DNA of 64,000 bases from positions 24,104 to 88,103 of the forward strand of contig JBAXBA010000003.1 of NCBI GenBank assembly GCA_037142195.1, in the 5' to 3' direction. The stretch's first letter is position 1; every line of letters begins with the position of its first letter. This DNA comes from Pseudomonadota bacterium. Lineage in GTDB: Bacteria; Bdellovibrionota_B; Oligoflexia; Oligoflexales; CAIMVM01. A program made the translations under genes and the position numbers. The notes beneath the pieces are model-generated. The model was not told where the DNA came from. It made no database searches and was given only the letters and a program-made list of their open reading frames with translations. Positions 28,043 to 38,406 of the stretch are shown here, one piece after another.

Positions 28043-30036
28043 ATCTCGATAAAATCAACTTCAAACTTATTGGCCTTCTATTGATTGGAATTATGGCCTC
28101 ATCAAGCGTCTATGTCTATCGCGCATTCGTGGAAGGTTATGTAGAACTCGATCAAAAATCCACGGAGGACTCTTTAGCGAGAGTTCATCAATCCCTTTTG
28201 GAGCAACAGAGATTTATTCAAGAAAAAATTGTTGATTGGGCCATATGGGACGAAGCTGCTGAATATATACGAAATCGCAATGAAAATTTTGCAAAGAAAA
28301 ATTTAACGGAGGACTCGCTCAAGGCTCTTAGTATTGATTTTGTGGCTTTTCTTTCTCTGGATTTAAAGGTTATTGGTAAGATGCCCCCTTATGGTCAGGT
28401 TTTCTCCGAAGAGATGTCTGGAAAATTTAGTTTTTTAGACCCCAAGGGTTCCCTCATTTCCCCTCCAGAGGGCCCTTCTTCGGTGGAATTTGCACCCTAT
28501 GGCGAGCAAATCGCTATTGTGGCAGCACATACGGCATCACGAGGCGACGGCACCGATTCTGGAGGAAAAGTTGTTTTTCTCAAAACTATCGGTGAAGATA
28601 TGCTCAAGCGCATCTCTGAACAAAACAAGTTGAAAGTTGAGCTGGTACCAGCAAGTAGCCTTCCAGATAGCGCTAACTGGCACAGCTTGAATTTTGGGGG
28701 TTTTGAAAACAAACCGAAATTTGCATTAGGTTTCGTAGCGATCAAAGACTCCCACGACAAAGTACTAGGATATTTAAAAACAGAAATCTCGCGAGATGTT
28801 CTTCTGTTTGGAACGCACACAGCCAAAAATTTGTTTATTCTCATGATGGCGATTTTTTTAGGTTTAATAGCTGCATTCGTTTCCTTTGCCTTATTTTTTG
28901 CCAAAGCCCAAGAACTCAAGAGAAAAGCAAAGATCGTCGATCAGCTGTCGGAAGCACAAGCTTTAGCATCTATCGGCAGTTTTGAATATTCCCCAGAATC
29001 AGGGGCTATGGAAATCTCCGATCAAACGATTAAGAATCTAGACATTGCGGGGACAAAGCTCAATATTTTTGAAGCCATCGACTCAAAGCTCATGAGTACC
29101 GACAAAGAAAAATGGCAGAAATTTATTTCTGAATCCACCGCCAGCAAACCACAATCGGTAGATGATTTCCAAATCATAACACATGAAGGCCCTAAAACCA
29201 TACAAGTGCGGCTGACGGTAAATCTAGTGGGTGCAAGCGATACAAACCAAGGGTCCCTATCTTTCAAAGGGACCGTTCAAGATGTGTCCGCAAAAGTAGT
29301 TCTCGAGAAGGAACTAGAAAATCAGAGAAGCATAGCCATGAGAAACTCTCGCCTCGCCGCACTCGGAGAAATGTCCGCTGGGGTCGCCCATGAAATTAAC
29401 AATCCCATTACAATTATTGAGTGCACTCTTCTTATCATTCAGGAAAAACAATTAAACCCTGAGCAAATGAAGGCTCGGCTCGAACGCATCGCAAAAGCTT
29501 CCCAGCGCATCACTAAAATCGTCGGAGGCCTTAAGAAATTTTCAGGAACTGTTGCGACGACTGAGATTTCTCGTATCAACCTCGCAAAGGTCATACAAGA
29601 ATCACTCCTTGATGTAGAACAAAAGTCCGTGAGTTCATCTGTGCGACTGATTGCCGACATAAAGGAAGGACCCATGGTCCTAGCGAATGCCATAGAAATT
29701 GAACAGCTTATGGTGATTCTGATGAACAATGCCATAGATGCCGTGAAGACTTTAGAAGATCGATGGGTAAAAGTCATATTGGGAACCAAGGAAAATAGAG
29801 CCTTCATTCAAGTTCAGGACTCCGGCAGTGGAATCCCCCCGGAAGTAGCCGCAAGATTGTTTCAACCGTTTTTTACCACAAAAGTGGTAGGCGAAGGAAC
29901 GGGGCTAGGATTATCCATAGCCAAGGGAATTGTAGATGCGCACCACGGTACGATTGAAATCTTAAACACTTTAAAGAACACCTGCTTTGAAATTAATTTT
30001 CCTTTGGCTGAGGAAAAATCTGACGAGGCGGCTTAG
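28039..30036 (+). CDS. Sensor histidine kinase with CHASE4-like periplasmic domain
   Basis: DWAIWDE CHASE4 motif, two TM segments, H-box GVAHEINNP, N box, DSGSG, FQPFFTTK and GTGLGL. ATGA overlap with the regulator. Confidence 0.92.
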   Translation: MNLDKINFKLIGLLLIGIMASSSVYVYRAFVEGYVELDQKSTEDSLARVHQSLLEQQRFIQEKIVDWAIWDEAAEYIRNRNENFAKKNLTEDSLKALSIDFVAFLSLDLKVIGKMPPYGQVFSEEMSGKFSFLDPKGSLISPPEGPSSVEFAPYGEQIAIVAAHTASRGDGTDSGGKVVFLKTIGEDMLKRISEQNKLKVELVPASSLPDSANWHSLNFGGFENKPKFALGFVAIKDSHDKVLGYLKTEISRDVLLFGTHTAKNLFILMMAIFLGLIAAFVSFALFFAKAQELKRKAKIVDQLSEAQALASIGSFEYSPESGAMEISDQTIKNLDIAGTKLNIFEAIDSKLMSTDKEKWQKFISESTASKPQSVDDFQIITHEGPKTIQVRLTVNLVGASDTNQGSLSFKGTVQDVSAKVVLEKELENQRSIAMRNSRLAALGEMSAGVAHEINNPITIIECTLLIIQEKQLNPEQMKARLERIAKASQRITKIVGGLKKFSGTVATTEISRINLAKVIQESLLDVEQKSVSSSVRLIADIKEGPMVLANAIEIEQLMVILMNNAIDAVKTLEDRWVKVILGTKENRAFIQVQDSGSGIPPEVAARLFQPFFTTKVVGEGTGLGLSIAKGIVDAHHGTIEILNTLKNTCFEINFPLAEEKSDEAA

Positions 30037-30422
30037 AAAGCTGATACCCCTATACGTGCGAAGCTTTGGAAGGATGAGCGTCTGAAACATTGCCTGGTGG
30101 AACGGAGAGGATCCTAGTCCGCTGACATTTACTTTGCTCCCTTCGCTTTTGTGTTTTGTCTCAAACCAGGAAAAGCTTCAAAATCCTAGCTGCAGATGCT
30201 CCATAAATAAAGTTGCTGGATTTCCCATTTTACAAATCTCATTTGCAAAGAAGAGAAGAAGTGTCAGCTAAAATTTAACTTGTTGAGATTATCTCACTTT
30301 AGTCAATTCGCCCTCGAAATGCGAAAAAACGCTTAGGCAGATAATTCCTTAATTTTCAGAGGCCGCAAGAAACCATAGAAATGCCAACTGGCTCCTATCC
30401 CAAAGAATTCCTAGTGCACCTT

Positions 30423-31751
30423 TCAGAGCTCTGGCTTTAAAAGTTTTAATGCATTCTTTAAACTTAACTTTGAGTGTTGCTCACCCGAGGATAGGTCCTT
30501 TAGGGTTAAAGTTTGACTGCTATTTTCTTCTTCACCGATGACGATAGCATAGGCCCTGTTCATTTTGTCTGCCAATGCAAATTGTTTGGCCAGTTTGCCG
30601 GGCTTAAGAGAAACCTCACAAAGAACTCCCTGAGCTCTTAAATATTCCGCTGTTTGGAATGCCCATGGTTCTACTCCCTGGCTCGCTAAAACCACAAATA
30701 CACCTGCTCTCTTGGTACTCTCTAGAACACCTAGGTCTTCAAAAGCTGCCACAAGTCGATCGAGCCCAATGGAGCCTCCGACACCAGGAAGCTCTCGATC
30801 TACAAAACGTTGGGTGAGCTGATCATATCTGCCTCCTGAACTCACCGAACCAAAACTGGGAAGACTATCAAAGGTCGTTTCAAAAACGACCCCTGTGTAG
30901 TAGGCCAAGCCGCGAGCAATTTTAAGATCTGCCACAAGCTTAACACTTAGAGGCATGTCGATAGCCTTAACCAGATGAAGCAAACTCTCTAGACGTGCTA
31001 AAGCTGCTGTAGCTACCTCATCTGAAACCAAGCGCTCTCTTATGGCTGCAAGATCAGACCCGTCCCCATCCCTCTTTTGCAAGAGGTCCAGCAAATTCTG
31101 AGCCCCTTCACGGGTTGCACCAGAGACTAGGGAAAGTTCGTTCACGACTTTTTCTGGACCAATCTTGTCCAGTTTGTCGATAACTATGAGACATGCCGAC
31201 TCGCCATGGGGAGAAAGATACACGTCTGGAAGAAAGACTTTGAGAAGCCCCCCTAAGACATCGCGATGACCCAACGTCATCGTGAAGGTTCCTTTGTTTA
31301 GCCTAGTCAAAACTTTCATGATCGCAAGAATGACTTCAAAGTCTGCGCTCACTGTGTCGGCGCCAATGATATCAAAATCACATTGGCAGAACTCACGAAA
31401 ACGGCCTTTTTGGGGCTTTTCTGCGCGCCAGACATCCCCAATTTGATATCTCTTAAAGGGCATCTGCAGATTTCCGTTTTCCGCAACAAATCGCGCAAAG
31501 GGAACCGTTAAGTCATAGCGTAAGGCGACGGATCTGCCGCCATTATCTTCCCACATAAAGACTTGTTTGTCGGTTTCCCCACCCTCGCCCAATAGAACCT
31601 CGGCATATTCCAAGGCTGGCGTTTGCAAGGCGACAAACCCTGCTTCGCTTGCAGCGCGACGCACTTCATCCATAATTTGACTGCGCAGGGACATCGTTGA
31701 ACCCGAGTAGTCAGCAAATCCCTTAAGTTTCCTTGCTTCTATTTTTTTCAC
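30423..31751 (-). CDS. hisS: Histidine--tRNA ligase
   Basis: ALRYDLTVPFARF, WRAEKPQKGRFREFCQCDFD, RGLAYYTG and GGRYD motifs. The probable GTG start at 31751 overlaps the upstream TGA. Confidence 0.96.
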   Translation of the reverse strand: MKKIEARKLKGFADYSGSTMSLRSQIMDEVRRAASEAGFVALQTPALEYAEVLLGEGGETDKQVFMWEDNGGRSVALRYDLTVPFARFVAENGNLQMPFKRYQIGDVWRAEKPQKGRFREFCQCDFDIIGADTVSADFEVILAIMKVLTRLNKGTFTMTLGHRDVLGGLLKVFLPDVYLSPHGESACLIVIDKLDKIGPEKVVNELSLVSGATREGAQNLLDLLQKRDGDGSDLAAIRERLVSDEVATAALARLESLLHLVKAIDMPLSVKLVADLKIARGLAYYTGVVFETTFDSLPSFGSVSSGGRYDQLTQRFVDRELPGVGGSIGLDRLVAAFEDLGVLESTKRAGVFVVLASQGVEPWAFQTAEYLRAQGVLCEVSLKPGKLAKQFALADKMNRAYAIVIGEEENSSQTLTLKDLSSGEQHSKLSLKNALKLLKPEL

Positions 31752-32347
31752 TTTATAGAACCCTTGTCTTCCCAGCATCCTAACTGTAGCGTTTCAGAAA
31801 GATTAGAAACGTCATACCCTTGGGTTACGAGTTGACCTCGAATTGATGCCAAAATAAACAGATCCATAGTGGGTTTTCGTGAGTAAATGGCAATAGAACT
31901 ACGAGTATGGTCGATCACAACAGCATTTTGATAGGGGACATCTACGGCAACCACAAAGAAATTGTTTAAAGTATGCATTCTCTCAAAGGAAACAACCCAG
32001 GCTCCTGGCACATTTGGATCGATGATTGTGGCACGACCTTCTTGGATAATATCTGGATCCGGAATAGCTTTACGACAGCTTTTCACCACAGAAATTTCAT
32101 CGAGGGACATTCTATTGAAAGAGCTCTTTGCACAGTAGCAAGGGGAACTGACTTGCTTTGGATTTTTGGTGGACGCGATTTCAAACCATTCACCCGAAAA
32201 TTTATCCAAATTCAGATTGCGCAGAGACGATGGAATGGGTTCAAATTTGCCTGAAGTTGATGCCCCCTCTGAAACGGCCGCAATAAAGACAAACATGATA
32301 GGCAAACGAAGAATAAAGTTTAGTCCCATACAACACCTCCAGAGCAT
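31748..32347 (-). CDS. Lipocalin family protein (Blc/ApoD-like)
   Basis: LDKFSGEWFEIAS SCR1 motif and IYSRKP SCR3 motif. Signal-like N-terminus with an uncertain start. Confidence 0.85.
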   Translation of the reverse strand: MLWRCCMGLNFILRLPIMFVFIAAVSEGASTSGKFEPIPSSLRNLNLDKFSGEWFEIASTKNPKQVSSPCYCAKSSFNRMSLDEISVVKSCRKAIPDPDIIQEGRATIIDPNVPGAWVVSFERMHTLNNFFVVAVDVPYQNAVVIDHTRSSIAIYSRKPTMDLFILASIRGQLVTQGYDVSNLSETLQLGCWEDKGSIK

Positions 32348-33088
32348 TTGATATACCGACCTCTAAGAAAAACTTCTACCTATTTTTTAATTTCCTGCAC
32401 TCCTTCGAATTTGGGATTTGTGAATGATACTCGACCGTTAGTTTGGCAACCCTCCTGAGCGGCCGGTTTTGTTTTTTGGCACTACCAGACATGGAATGGA
32501 ACTACCGCTGCAAAACCTCCTGCGCCAAGGAAGGCTGCCTATTGTACGTTTCGCCACACCTAGACCCAAACAGGCCAGACAGACTCCCGAAAGTGTCTTC
32601 TAGCCTTTGCAACTTCCCACAAAAACGACATCTCGATTATAGGAGTTTGCGGGCCCGGCTTCTAAAGCGGGTGAGAGCCGGCGGCTCGCATTTCAGAAAC
32701 CAATCTCAAGTTTCCGCTGCAATCTCTTAACTGGGCTTCCTTTGGTACCCTGGCTTCCAACCCAAGCTTCGACGAAAACGTGTAAGGGGCGGCTTTTGGC
32801 CGATTTAAGACTCTTTCAAGTCTAGTTGTTGGTTGCATGATGTACATGAGGGGCTTGTTTTTTTTGGACGTTATTGGGACTTTTGGCCTTCGGCTGCCTC
32901 ACCTTTTTTCTTGTGGCGAAACACTTTACAGTCTATCGAAATGCCTTTTGGCGATTTAGTTGGTTAGAGAAACAGCTTAAAAAAAATTCCTAACAAAAGG
33001 ACGGACTCATCTATAAATCAAATGCCCTCGTCCAGGTTTAGGGAGCTCGTCGGGAAGCTTGGGCGAGAATTACGGCCGAGGGATCCTT

Positions 33089-33412
33089 TTAGCGTTTTTG
33101 TTTATCTAGTGAACTTTTTTGCTTTCCTCGCGCGAGAGGAACTACAGAAGCTGCTTCGATATTTTGTGAGGAATTAGAGGTGCTGTCGTTTTCCGACTTT
33201 TGCTCAGTATCCTTAACATAGAGCTTTTGAATGGCTTCCAGATTCTTTTCAATTTTAGGACGTTCTGGAAACCAACTTGCCTGGCTATCGAAACTGGAAA
33301 GGGACTCGCCGGCACGCATCTTTCGGACGAGCTCCTGATTCCTTTCTTTTCTGAGTTGATCGAGTGCTTTGGGGGCTACTTCAGGGGCTACTTCTTTTTT
33401 TTCAACGGCCAT
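33089..33412 (-). CDS. Hypothetical protein
   Basis: Charged ORF with ATG 33412 just after the upstream stop. Confidence 0.55.
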   Translation of the reverse strand: MAVEKKEVAPEVAPKALDQLRKERNQELVRKMRAGESLSSFDSQASWFPERPKIEKNLEAIQKLYVKDTEQKSENDSTSNSSQNIEAASVVPLARGKQKSSLDKQKR

Positions 33413-33416
33413 GGAC

Positions 33417-34118
33417 TTACGCTCCAAATTCAATACCAAGCAAAACGCTTGATGAGGTTAGATGTCGTGGTTTACCTAAAACCTCTTCACCATAAAGATA
33501 GTCAAAAGCTCCCCCAAAGGACTGCTTCATTTCTAACATCAAAGAGATGCTCGGAGATAAGCTGGTAGCTACACCTAAAGAGCCGTGAGTTGCCGAATAC
33601 TCAAGTGACTGGACTTTTGAATCGGGTCGGTAAATGGCAGCTTCCGATCCTACGACCTTCCCCCCCCTTAGAAAGAAAGCCACGGGACCAGCTTTCGTCC
33701 AAGTGGAAACCTCGACACTGACCGCATTGATATCTAGAGAGAGGTAGCTTTCCCGATCCGCCCCCTTGAGATTGGATTGGGAAAGGACAATGCCAAGTCC
33801 TACAGGAAGGGCGGTTAGCGGTTGCATATGAGCGCCTAAAATCTTAGTAGCTCCTTTAAAATTCAGCTTTGTGCTTTCCCCGTTATCTGCAATCAGATTT
33901 GCCTTTTGAAGCCCGCCGCCTGCTTGAAAGGAAGCCGTAGCATAGGCTGTTTGATGTCCTGTAAGAAAAGACAGGATCCAAAGAGCAAAAACTCCCACCG
34001 TCATGTTGGAATGGGGAGCCGAACGCCTACGAAGGAAAAGTACTCTCATGGATTTCGTCTTCAATATCAGCCCCTTAAATAATACTACCTTGACTTGAGT
34101 CCCTAAGGCCCGTCCCAT
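33417..34118 (-). CDS. Hypothetical outer-membrane beta-barrel protein (start uncertain, probably near 34049 or 34004)
   Basis: Signal peptide ending AYA, amphipathic strands, and C-terminal VLLGIEF. Confidence 0.6.
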   Translation of the reverse strand: MGRALGTQVKVVLFKGLILKTKSMRVLFLRRRSAPHSNMTVGVFALWILSFLTGHQTAYATASFQAGGGLQKANLIADNGESTKLNFKGATKILGAHMQPLTALPVGLGIVLSQSNLKGADRESYLSLDINAVSVEVSTWTKAGPVAFFLRGGKVVGSEAAIYRPDSKVQSLEYSATHGSLGVATSLSPSISLMLEMKQSFGGAFDYLYGEEVLGKPRHLTSSSVLLGIEFGA

Positions 34119-34307
34119 TGGGAAACCTATTCATGGCTTAAGTTATAATCAGATCATAACATTTTTCTCTTAAATATTCATATAGGTAGGAATGTTCCTA
34201 GTCACCACACGAAAAGCAAAATTGCCAAAGAATCCTCAAAGACTCTGTAACTTGCCTATTTAAAGCAAATACCACGTCAAATGTTAAAAAATTCAGGCCA
34301 GAATCAG

Positions 34308-35084
34308 CTAAACGAGAGAGACTGGATCGGACTCCACTTGACTTGCAAAAACGCTGAGGCCAGGAAACTTTATGCCAATTCTTTGAGCCATGACTTCCAT
34401 GGCAAATCTTTCACTTAGAAAATGACCCACCAAAATCAGAGTTATACCCAAGGAGCGAGCTAAAAGACTATGGTGAAATGTGGCTTCTCCTGTAATGAAA
34501 CAATCAATCCCTTTTGCGTGGGCCGTCGAAATAAAGTCGCCACCTGAGCCACAAACGACACCCACCTTTTTAACCTTGGGTTTAGCCCTAACGACTGAGA
34601 TGTGCTTTAGAGATAAAAAGGCCTTGAGGTCATTCAAGATTTGATCCACCGCGAGGTCCCCTCTAGTCATCCTTCCGAGCCCCCCTGAAAGCCCCTCTCT
34701 TGGGGTTATGGGCTCCATCTCTGTAAATCCAAGACCTCTCAAAATCAATTCATTGATTCCCTCTGAAGCCCCGTCAAAGGCTGTGTGGGAGGAAAAAACA
34801 GCGATTCCGCTTTCTATCAACCTTAAAAAAATACGACCTTCCACGGTAGCGTCGGTATACTTGCTACTAGGTTTAAAGGGAAAGGGATGGTGAGTGACAA
34901 TCAAACCCACACCTGCGGCACAAGCTTCCTCAGCCACGTCGGGAGAGAGAGTCAAGCAAGTAATCACCTTACTGACCGAAGCACTGCGTCGACCGATCAA
35001 TAACCCGACATTGTCCCATGACTCTGCCAGGGCTAAGGGCGACATCTCGCAAAGAAATTGCTCTATTTCAGAAACCTTTCGCAA
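34308..35084 (-). CDS. Nif3-like dinuclear metal centre protein (YbgI family)
   Basis: AESWDNVGLLIG, IVTHHP, SHTAFD, GSGG and GHFLSE motifs. Probable TTG start at 35084. Confidence 0.93.
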   Translation of the reverse strand: MRKVSEIEQFLCEMSPLALAESWDNVGLLIGRRSASVSKVITCLTLSPDVAEEACAAGVGLIVTHHPFPFKPSSKYTDATVEGRIFLRLIESGIAVFSSHTAFDGASEGINELILRGLGFTEMEPITPREGLSGGLGRMTRGDLAVDQILNDLKAFLSLKHISVVRAKPKVKKVGVVCGSGGDFISTAHAKGIDCFITGEATFHHSLLARSLGITLILVGHFLSERFAMEVMAQRIGIKFPGLSVFASQVESDPVSLV

Positions 35085-35135
35085 ACCGACCTCTTCTTGT
35101 AATCTCATGCTATCATAGCATGAAAGGGGGACCTG

Positions 35136-35762
35136 ATGGCTAATAATCGTTCCATTCATAACATCATTTTTGATCTCGGGGGTGTCTTTTTAAACCTGGA
35201 TTTCTCCCTTACTATTTCAGCGCTCCAGAAGCTCATAGGAATAGAGATCTATGCCCGGCACCACCAGTTTGAATTTATAGACCAGTTTGAAATGGGACTC
35301 CTTTCAGCAGCAGAATTTCGTTCAGAAATTAGAATGTTAGCTTCCGCATCGGGAGTGAAACAAGCTCTTTCAGACCAAGAGATTGATCTTGCTTGGAATG
35401 CTATGCTTAAAGATTTGCCACTTCGGCGTATCGAATGGCTTAAAGGCATCTCGTCTAAAAAAAGGGTTTTCCTTCTTTCCAATACTAACGAAATCCATAA
35501 ATTGGCCTTTGATCAAATCGCAGCAAAAACGATGGGTTCCATCAAAGCTTTTGATGAAATCTTTGAAGGAGCCTATTACTCCCACCTCATAGGACTCAGA
35601 AAACCCAATCCCGACATCTATAAGTACATCGTGGATCGCCATGGTTTAGATGCTCACCACACACTTTTTATCGATGACACACATAGCAATTTGATCGGCG
35701 CTGAAGCAGCTGGACTTATGGTGAAACATCTCACGGAAGATGTCACTTCCTTGGTGTTTTAG
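35136..35762 (+). CDS. HAD-family phosphatase (YihX-like)
   Basis: IFDLGGV, LLSNTN, RKP and FIDD motifs. Confidence 0.92.
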   Translation: MANNRSIHNIIFDLGGVFLNLDFSLTISALQKLIGIEIYARHHQFEFIDQFEMGLLSAAEFRSEIRMLASASGVKQALSDQEIDLAWNAMLKDLPLRRIEWLKGISSKKRVFLLSNTNEIHKLAFDQIAAKTMGSIKAFDEIFEGAYYSHLIGLRKPNPDIYKYIVDRHGLDAHHTLFIDDTHSNLIGAEAAGLMVKHLTEDVTSLVF

Positions 35763-35767
35763 GGCAA

Positions 35768-35819
35768 ATGGCTAGAAAAAATGGCTAGAAAAAATGGCTA
35801 GAAAAAATGGCTAGAAAAA
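35768..35819. repeat. 13-bp perfect tandem repeat (atggctagaaaaa) x4
   Basis: Counted directly, between convergent genes. Confidence 0.93.
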
Positions 35820-35837
35820 ATCACCCGCTCTTTCGCC

Positions 35838-36191
35838 TTAATCGGGGATTTCTAAAGCACGCTTAAGCGCCAATACAGAGCAGGGTTTTTCAATATAACT
35901 GACAGCCCCCAAACGCATGGCTTCCGACTTCTGACCGGGATAGCCAGTAAGTACAACTATATTTCTAGCTCCCGCTTTTATGAGTCCGTCGACAGCTTCA
36001 CATTCACGGGCATCGGGAAGAATCAGATCCAATATTATTTTATAAGGGTCATGTAGATGAACCATCGTAATCGCTTCACTGAGAGTGCCCGCATGCAGAA
36101 TTTCATCCTCGCCGTCATCAAGTAACGCCGTCAACCATTCTCGAATTTCCGGCTCATCATCGACTATTAAAATGGAATCCTTTGAGGGCAT
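35838..36191 (-). CDS. Single-domain response regulator
   Basis: ILIVDDE, ILDLILPD, VLTG and YIEKP motifs. Confidence 0.9.
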   Translation of the reverse strand: MPSKDSILIVDDEPEIREWLTALLDDGEDEILHAGTLSEAITMVHLHDPYKIILDLILPDARECEAVDGLIKAGARNIVVLTGYPGQKSEAMRLGAVSYIEKPCSVLALKRALEIPD

Positions 36192-36198
36192 TTAACTA

Positions 36199-36348
36199 CT
36201 ACTCCGCATTAAAATCTTGCTCTAATTCTAGCCTGTTAATTAGAATTGTAAACAAAATTAAACCCGCCAACATCGGTGAACCTACCCATAAAGCCTTTTG
36301 CCTTTTCGGGAGCTTTGGAGGCCTAAAAATACTCTGCCAAAATGACAT
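36199..36348 (-). CDS. Possible small single-TM protein
   Basis: 49-aa frame from ATG 36348 with one hydrophobic stretch, ending 7 bp before the regulator start. Confidence 0.3.
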   Translation of the reverse strand: MSFWQSIFRPPKLPKRQKALWVGSPMLAGLILFTILINRLELEQDFNAE

Positions 36349-36370
36349 ATTTCTAAAATCTCTATTTTCA

Positions 36371-36402
36371 CCCCTTGACATTTGATTTTCGGCCCTCATG
36401 TT
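36371..36402 (+). promoter_or_regulatory. Heat-shock (sigma32-like) promoter of htpG
   Basis: CCCCTTGAC-N13-CCCTCATGT resembles CTTGAA-N13-15-CCCCATNT and lies 40 bp upstream of htpG. Confidence 0.55.
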
Positions 36403-36441
36403 TATCGTCTCACTTTCCACCTTCCCTTTGAAAGGAACCCT

Positions 36442-38346
36442 ATGGAAACATTACAATTTCAGGCCGAAGTAAAGCAAATTTTAGACCTTATGATTCACTC
36501 CCTATACAGCCAAAAAGAGATCTTTTTGCGCGAGCTTATCTCTAACGGGGCCGACGCCCTGGAAAAAAGGCGTGTAGGCGCTCTAGAGAACTCGGAGTTA
36601 GGTTTTGAAGGCGAGGGCATGATTCGGATTTCCGCCGACAAAGCTAGCAAAACCATTTCTATTTCCGACAATGGCATTGGGATGACCAAAGCAGAAGTTA
36701 TTAAAAATATTGGTACTATTGCACATTCTGGCACGAAGGCATTTTTAGAAAACGCTCAGAAAATGAAAGAAAACCCAGAACTTATCGGCCAATTTGGCGT
36801 AGGTTTTTACTCTGCCTTTATCGTCGCAGACAAAGTTACGTTGCACACCATGAGAGCTGGGACGTCAGAAGGGACAGTTTGGCAGTCTAGTGGTGATGGT
36901 ACTTATTCTGTGGATACACTCCCTAGAACCGAGGGTGCTGGAACAACCATCACGCTCCATCTTAAAGAATTTAACGACGACGAGACTGCAGAAGATTTCT
37001 CTGATGAATGGGTCATACGTCGGATTGTTCGCAAATATTCAGACTTTCTAGAATGGCCCATCATGATGAAAGTTGAGCGAAAGGACCCTGTTCTCGATGC
37101 TGAGGGCAAAGCCATCGAAGGGGAATATAAGACAACTGAAACTGATGAAACTTTGAATTCCCGAAAAGCTCTTTGGCGCAAAACTCCTTCAGAAGTGAAA
37201 CCAGAAGAGTATGCTGAATTCTACAAGCAAGTGGGACGAGACTGGACCGATCCGCTTGACACGATTCACTATAAGGCAGAAGGCACCAATCAGTTTTCTA
37301 GCTTGCTCTTTATCCCCAGCAACGTGCCATTTGACTACAATCAAAGAGACGCGCGCATGGGTCCTTCTCTCTATGTAAAAAAAGTATTTATCAGCGACAA
37401 TTGTCAAGATCTTGCGCCGCTTTGGCTCAGATTCATTAAAGGTGTGATTGATAGTGACGACTTACCCCTAAACGTTTCCCGTGAAATCCTACAAAAAGAT
37501 AGACGCCTCGCTGCCATCAACAAAGCAGTGACCGGCAAATTGATCCGCCATTTTGAAAATCTCTTAAAGAATGACCGCGAGAAGTGGACTAAGATTTGGA
37601 ATCTTTTCGGGTCCACAATCAAAGAAGGAATTGCCACTGATGGTTCCCACCGGGAAAGCATCGAGAAAATCTCCCTATTCCAATCAAGTGCGCAAGACGA
37701 GCTCACAACCCTTGACGAATATGTTTCACGCATGAAAGACGGCCAAAAAGCCATCTACTTTATCACAGGCGACAGTATTGAGGCTTTAAAGGACAGCCCC
37801 TATATGGAAAGCCTTGTGAAAAAATCTTATGAAGTTCTCTTCTTAACCGATGCTGTTGACGAATGGGTTACTCAACATCTTACAACCTTCGCTGAGAAGC
37901 CTGTGGTATCTATCACCAAAGAGAATCTTGAGCTGAAGTCTGAAGATGAGAAGAAAGAAGCCGAAAAAATCCTTAAAACAAAAGAGGCCGATTTAAAGGA
38001 AATTACGTCATCTATTCAAGAGTCACTGCAAGAGTACGTGAAGGAAGTTCGACTTTCAGACCGCCTCGTAGACAGCCCCGTCTGTTTGGTCTCTGGATCT
38101 TGGGATTCTTCTGCAAGAATGGAAAGAATCATGGAGTCCATGGGACAAAAAGCACCTAAATCAAAAAGAATTCTAGAAATCAACCCCACTCACCCAATTT
38201 TTGAACGCATGAAATCCATCTCTGCTGAACAAAAGAAAGAGTGGGCAGACATTCTCTACAATCAAGCGCTTTTATCCGAGGGTTCTCCCTTAAAAGACCC
38301 TATGAAGTTTGCTCGCCAGGTAGCAAATCTCATGACACAGAACTAG
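36442..38346 (+). CDS. htpG: Molecular chaperone HtpG (Hsp90)
   Basis: FQAEVKQILDLMIHSLYSQKEIFLRELISN, DNGIGM, IGQFGVGFYSAF and DLPLNVSRE motifs. ATG 36442 has an aagga RBS. Confidence 0.98.
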   Translation: METLQFQAEVKQILDLMIHSLYSQKEIFLRELISNGADALEKRRVGALENSELGFEGEGMIRISADKASKTISISDNGIGMTKAEVIKNIGTIAHSGTKAFLENAQKMKENPELIGQFGVGFYSAFIVADKVTLHTMRAGTSEGTVWQSSGDGTYSVDTLPRTEGAGTTITLHLKEFNDDETAEDFSDEWVIRRIVRKYSDFLEWPIMMKVERKDPVLDAEGKAIEGEYKTTETDETLNSRKALWRKTPSEVKPEEYAEFYKQVGRDWTDPLDTIHYKAEGTNQFSSLLFIPSNVPFDYNQRDARMGPSLYVKKVFISDNCQDLAPLWLRFIKGVIDSDDLPLNVSREILQKDRRLAAINKAVTGKLIRHFENLLKNDREKWTKIWNLFGSTIKEGIATDGSHRESIEKISLFQSSAQDELTTLDEYVSRMKDGQKAIYFITGDSIEALKDSPYMESLVKKSYEVLFLTDAVDEWVTQHLTTFAEKPVVSITKENLELKSEDEKKEAEKILKTKEADLKEITSSIQESLQEYVKEVRLSDRLVDSPVCLVSGSWDSSARMERIMESMGQKAPKSKRILEINPTHPIFERMKSISAEQKKEWADILYNQALLSEGSPLKDPMKFARQVANLMTQN

Positions 38347-38353
38347 ATCCTTT

Positions 38354-38383
38354 TAGGGACCATCACATGGTCCCTATTTTTTT
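38354..38383 (+). terminator. Intrinsic terminator after htpG
   Basis: tagggaccat-cac-atggtcccta followed by T7. Confidence 0.85.
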
Positions 38384-38406
38384 ATATAAATAACGGGAGG
38401 GGTGCA

